From positions 360,001 through 392,000 of the forward strand of contig NZ_CP006932.1 of assembly GCF_000582535.1 (NCBI RefSeq): 32,000 nt of DNA, in the 5' to 3' direction. The translations under genes and the position numbers were made by a program. Of this stretch, positions 30,077-32,000 are shown piece after piece. This stretch comes from Candidatus Saccharimonadota bacterium. GTDB lineage: Bacteria; Bacillota_I; Bacilli_A; Mycoplasmatales; Hepatoplasmataceae. Position 1 is the first letter of the stretch; every line of letters starts with the position of its first letter. The notes beneath the pieces are model-generated. The model was not told the origin of the DNA and did no database searches. It saw only the letters and a program-made list of their open reading frames with translations.

Positions 30077-32000
30077 TTAAACACCGTATTTTGCTCTACG
30101 TTTATACTCTACTACTGTATTTATTTTTTTTGCTTGATAATCTTTTAATTTCATAATTTTACCATCAATTGTAGAAAGAATATCATCAATTTGTGGATAG
30201 ATATATTTCTCATAATCTGCTCCTGGCATAATTCAATTTCTTGCTCCTAAAACTGCAGGAGGAGAATCAAGATAATCAAAAGCAAATTCTGTAATATTTG
30301 AAGCAACAGCTTTCATAAAATTCATTCTTTCAAATCCTTCGTTTATAAAAATTACTTTTCCTGTTTTTTTTATAGAATTTATAATAATATCATAATCAAA
30401 AGGAACTGCTGATCGCATATCAATTATTTCTGCTTTAATATTATATTTTTCTCTTAAAATCTTTGCAGCATCAATTGCGGTATAAAGAGATGCTCCTAAA
30501 GTAACAATTGTAAGATCATCTCCTTGTTCACGAATAACACCTTCACCAAAAGGAATTTCATAATAATCTTTGGGAACACCTTCTTTTACAAAAAATTCTC
30601 CCTTATCATAAAGTTTTTGTGTTTCTATAAAAAAAGTTGGATCTTCAGAATTTAAAGCTGTATTCATAAGACCTTTTGCATCATAAGGAGTAACAGGAGC
30701 AACAAGATTTATTCCGGTAATTGAAGCTAATACTGAAGTATAATCTTGTGAATGTTGGACTCCATATTGACTTCCAATATTTGTTCTTACAACAACAGGT
30801 AATTTTAATTGTCCTCCCGACATTGCTCTTCATTTTGAAAGTTGATTTGAAAGTTCATCTCCGGCACGAAATAAGAAATCAAAATATTCAAGTTCAACAA
30901 TTGCTTGTCCTCCAGCAATTGCATAACCGCAAGCAGTTCCAACAATTGCTGCTTCTGTAATTGGCGAATTAAATAAGCGATGATAAGGGAGAGATTCTGT
31001 AAGACCATTATAAACTCCATAAGCTCCTCCTCAATCTCTTAATTCTTCTCCTCATCCTGCAAAAGTTGGTTCTTTATAATAATGATCAAGAATTGCTTCA
31101 AAAATTCCATCTCTTATTTGATAAGATTTCATTTTTGAAAGTTTATTTCCATTTTTATCAAAAGCATAACGCTCACGCTTGCTTATTCTTTGAACACGTG
31201 GATTTTCTTCTTTTTTAAGCTCTACTTCTACTTTTTTATCTGTTGTATAAGTAAATTTTTTTCTTGAAAACATCAAATTATCAAGAACTTGATTATCATT
31301 ATCTCAATCTAATTCCTTTGTTACTTTTGGATCAATTGATAATTTATAAATTTGAAAATAGAGATCTTCAATTTTTTTACGAATTTCTTTAAGATCATCT
31401 AATCCTTTTAATAATTTACTTTCAATCATTTGCTTTGCGAATAGTTCAATTGGATCAATTTTTCTTCATAATTCAATTTCTTGTGGTGTTCGATAAGATT
31501 CTAAATCTCCAGAAGAATGACCATTATAACGATAAGTAACTATTTCATTTAGAACTGGACCGTCACCTTTTAAAACAATCTCTTTTTTTCTTCTAATAAG
31601 ATCAATTGTTGCTAAAACATCTTGTCCATTTACTCGTTCTGCAAACATATTGTCAGGATTAATTCCAGCTGCTAATCGTGCAGGAATATGATATCCCATT
31701 GTTTCACCAACAGTTTGTCCTCCCATTCCATATTGATTATTCATTAAATTAACCATAAAAGGAGGTCTTTTATTATAAGGAGAAGATCATAAATTTTTAT
31801 ATTGATCCATTGTTGCAAAATTTAAAGTTTCTCAAAAGGGTCCGGTTGAAACACCCCCATCACCGATATTTGCAATTGAAATACCTTTTTTTTGCTGTGT
31901 TAATTTAAATAATGCTGCTCCTAAAGCAAGAGAAGCAGAAGCACCAACAATTGCATTATTAGGATAAATTCCAAAAGGTGTAAAGAAAAGGTGCATTGAG
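30077..32000 (-). CDS. pdhA/pdhB: 2-oxoacid (pyruvate/acetoin-type) dehydrogenase E1 with alpha and beta subunits in one continuous reading frame (5' end outside the window)
   Basis: The alpha part reads ..[49 protein letters not shown]... The frame then continues with no TAA or TAG into the beta part: [50 protein letters not shown]... The stop is TAA 30077-30079. I checked every codon between 31262 and 31468. Confidence 0.8.

Overview
This is a gene-dense, very A+T-rich chromosomal segment from a Mollicutes-type (Mycoplasma-like) bacterium that reads UGA as Trp (translation table 4). The supplied standard-code ORF track therefore splits about 20 genes at in-frame TGA codons. I rejoined the pieces by hand and re-derived the stops.

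Almost everything is housekeeping, and most genes lie on the minus strand. In plus-strand coordinate order:
- nagA, a degenerate nagB-like gene and a 110-aa ORF (+)
- a small accessory islet with a DUF4065/Panacea (SocA/GepA-like) gene (-)
- rplQ-rpoA-rpsK-rpsM-rpmJ-infA-map-adk-secY (-), transcribed secY to rplQ
- yqfO(Nif3)-trmK-rpoD-dnaG-glyQS-membrane-recO-era-dgkA-ybeY (-), in the order seen in Bacillus subtilis
- a small HNH nuclease, pnuC-like, yqeG, rpmG and rpsD (-)
- a 380-nt divergent regulatory region, then infC-rpmI-rplT and a Trp-rich membrane protein (+)
- a CIRCE-controlled hrcA-grpE-dnaK operon, followed by nitroreductase, a zinc-finger-less J-protein and a 60-aa ORF (-)
- a second pnuC-like gene, lplA, and a 2-oxoacid dehydrogenase E1 whose alpha and beta subunits form one uninterrupted reading frame (-)

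I found no rRNA, tRNA, CRISPR array, IS element or prophage. I do not see a clear multi-gene novel system. The best leads are the in-frame E1 alpha-beta fusion, the orphan-looking Panacea-domain gene with candidate small partners, the active-site-less NagB homolog, and the remodelled chaperone operon. All functional calls rest on motif recognition by eye; no database search was run.
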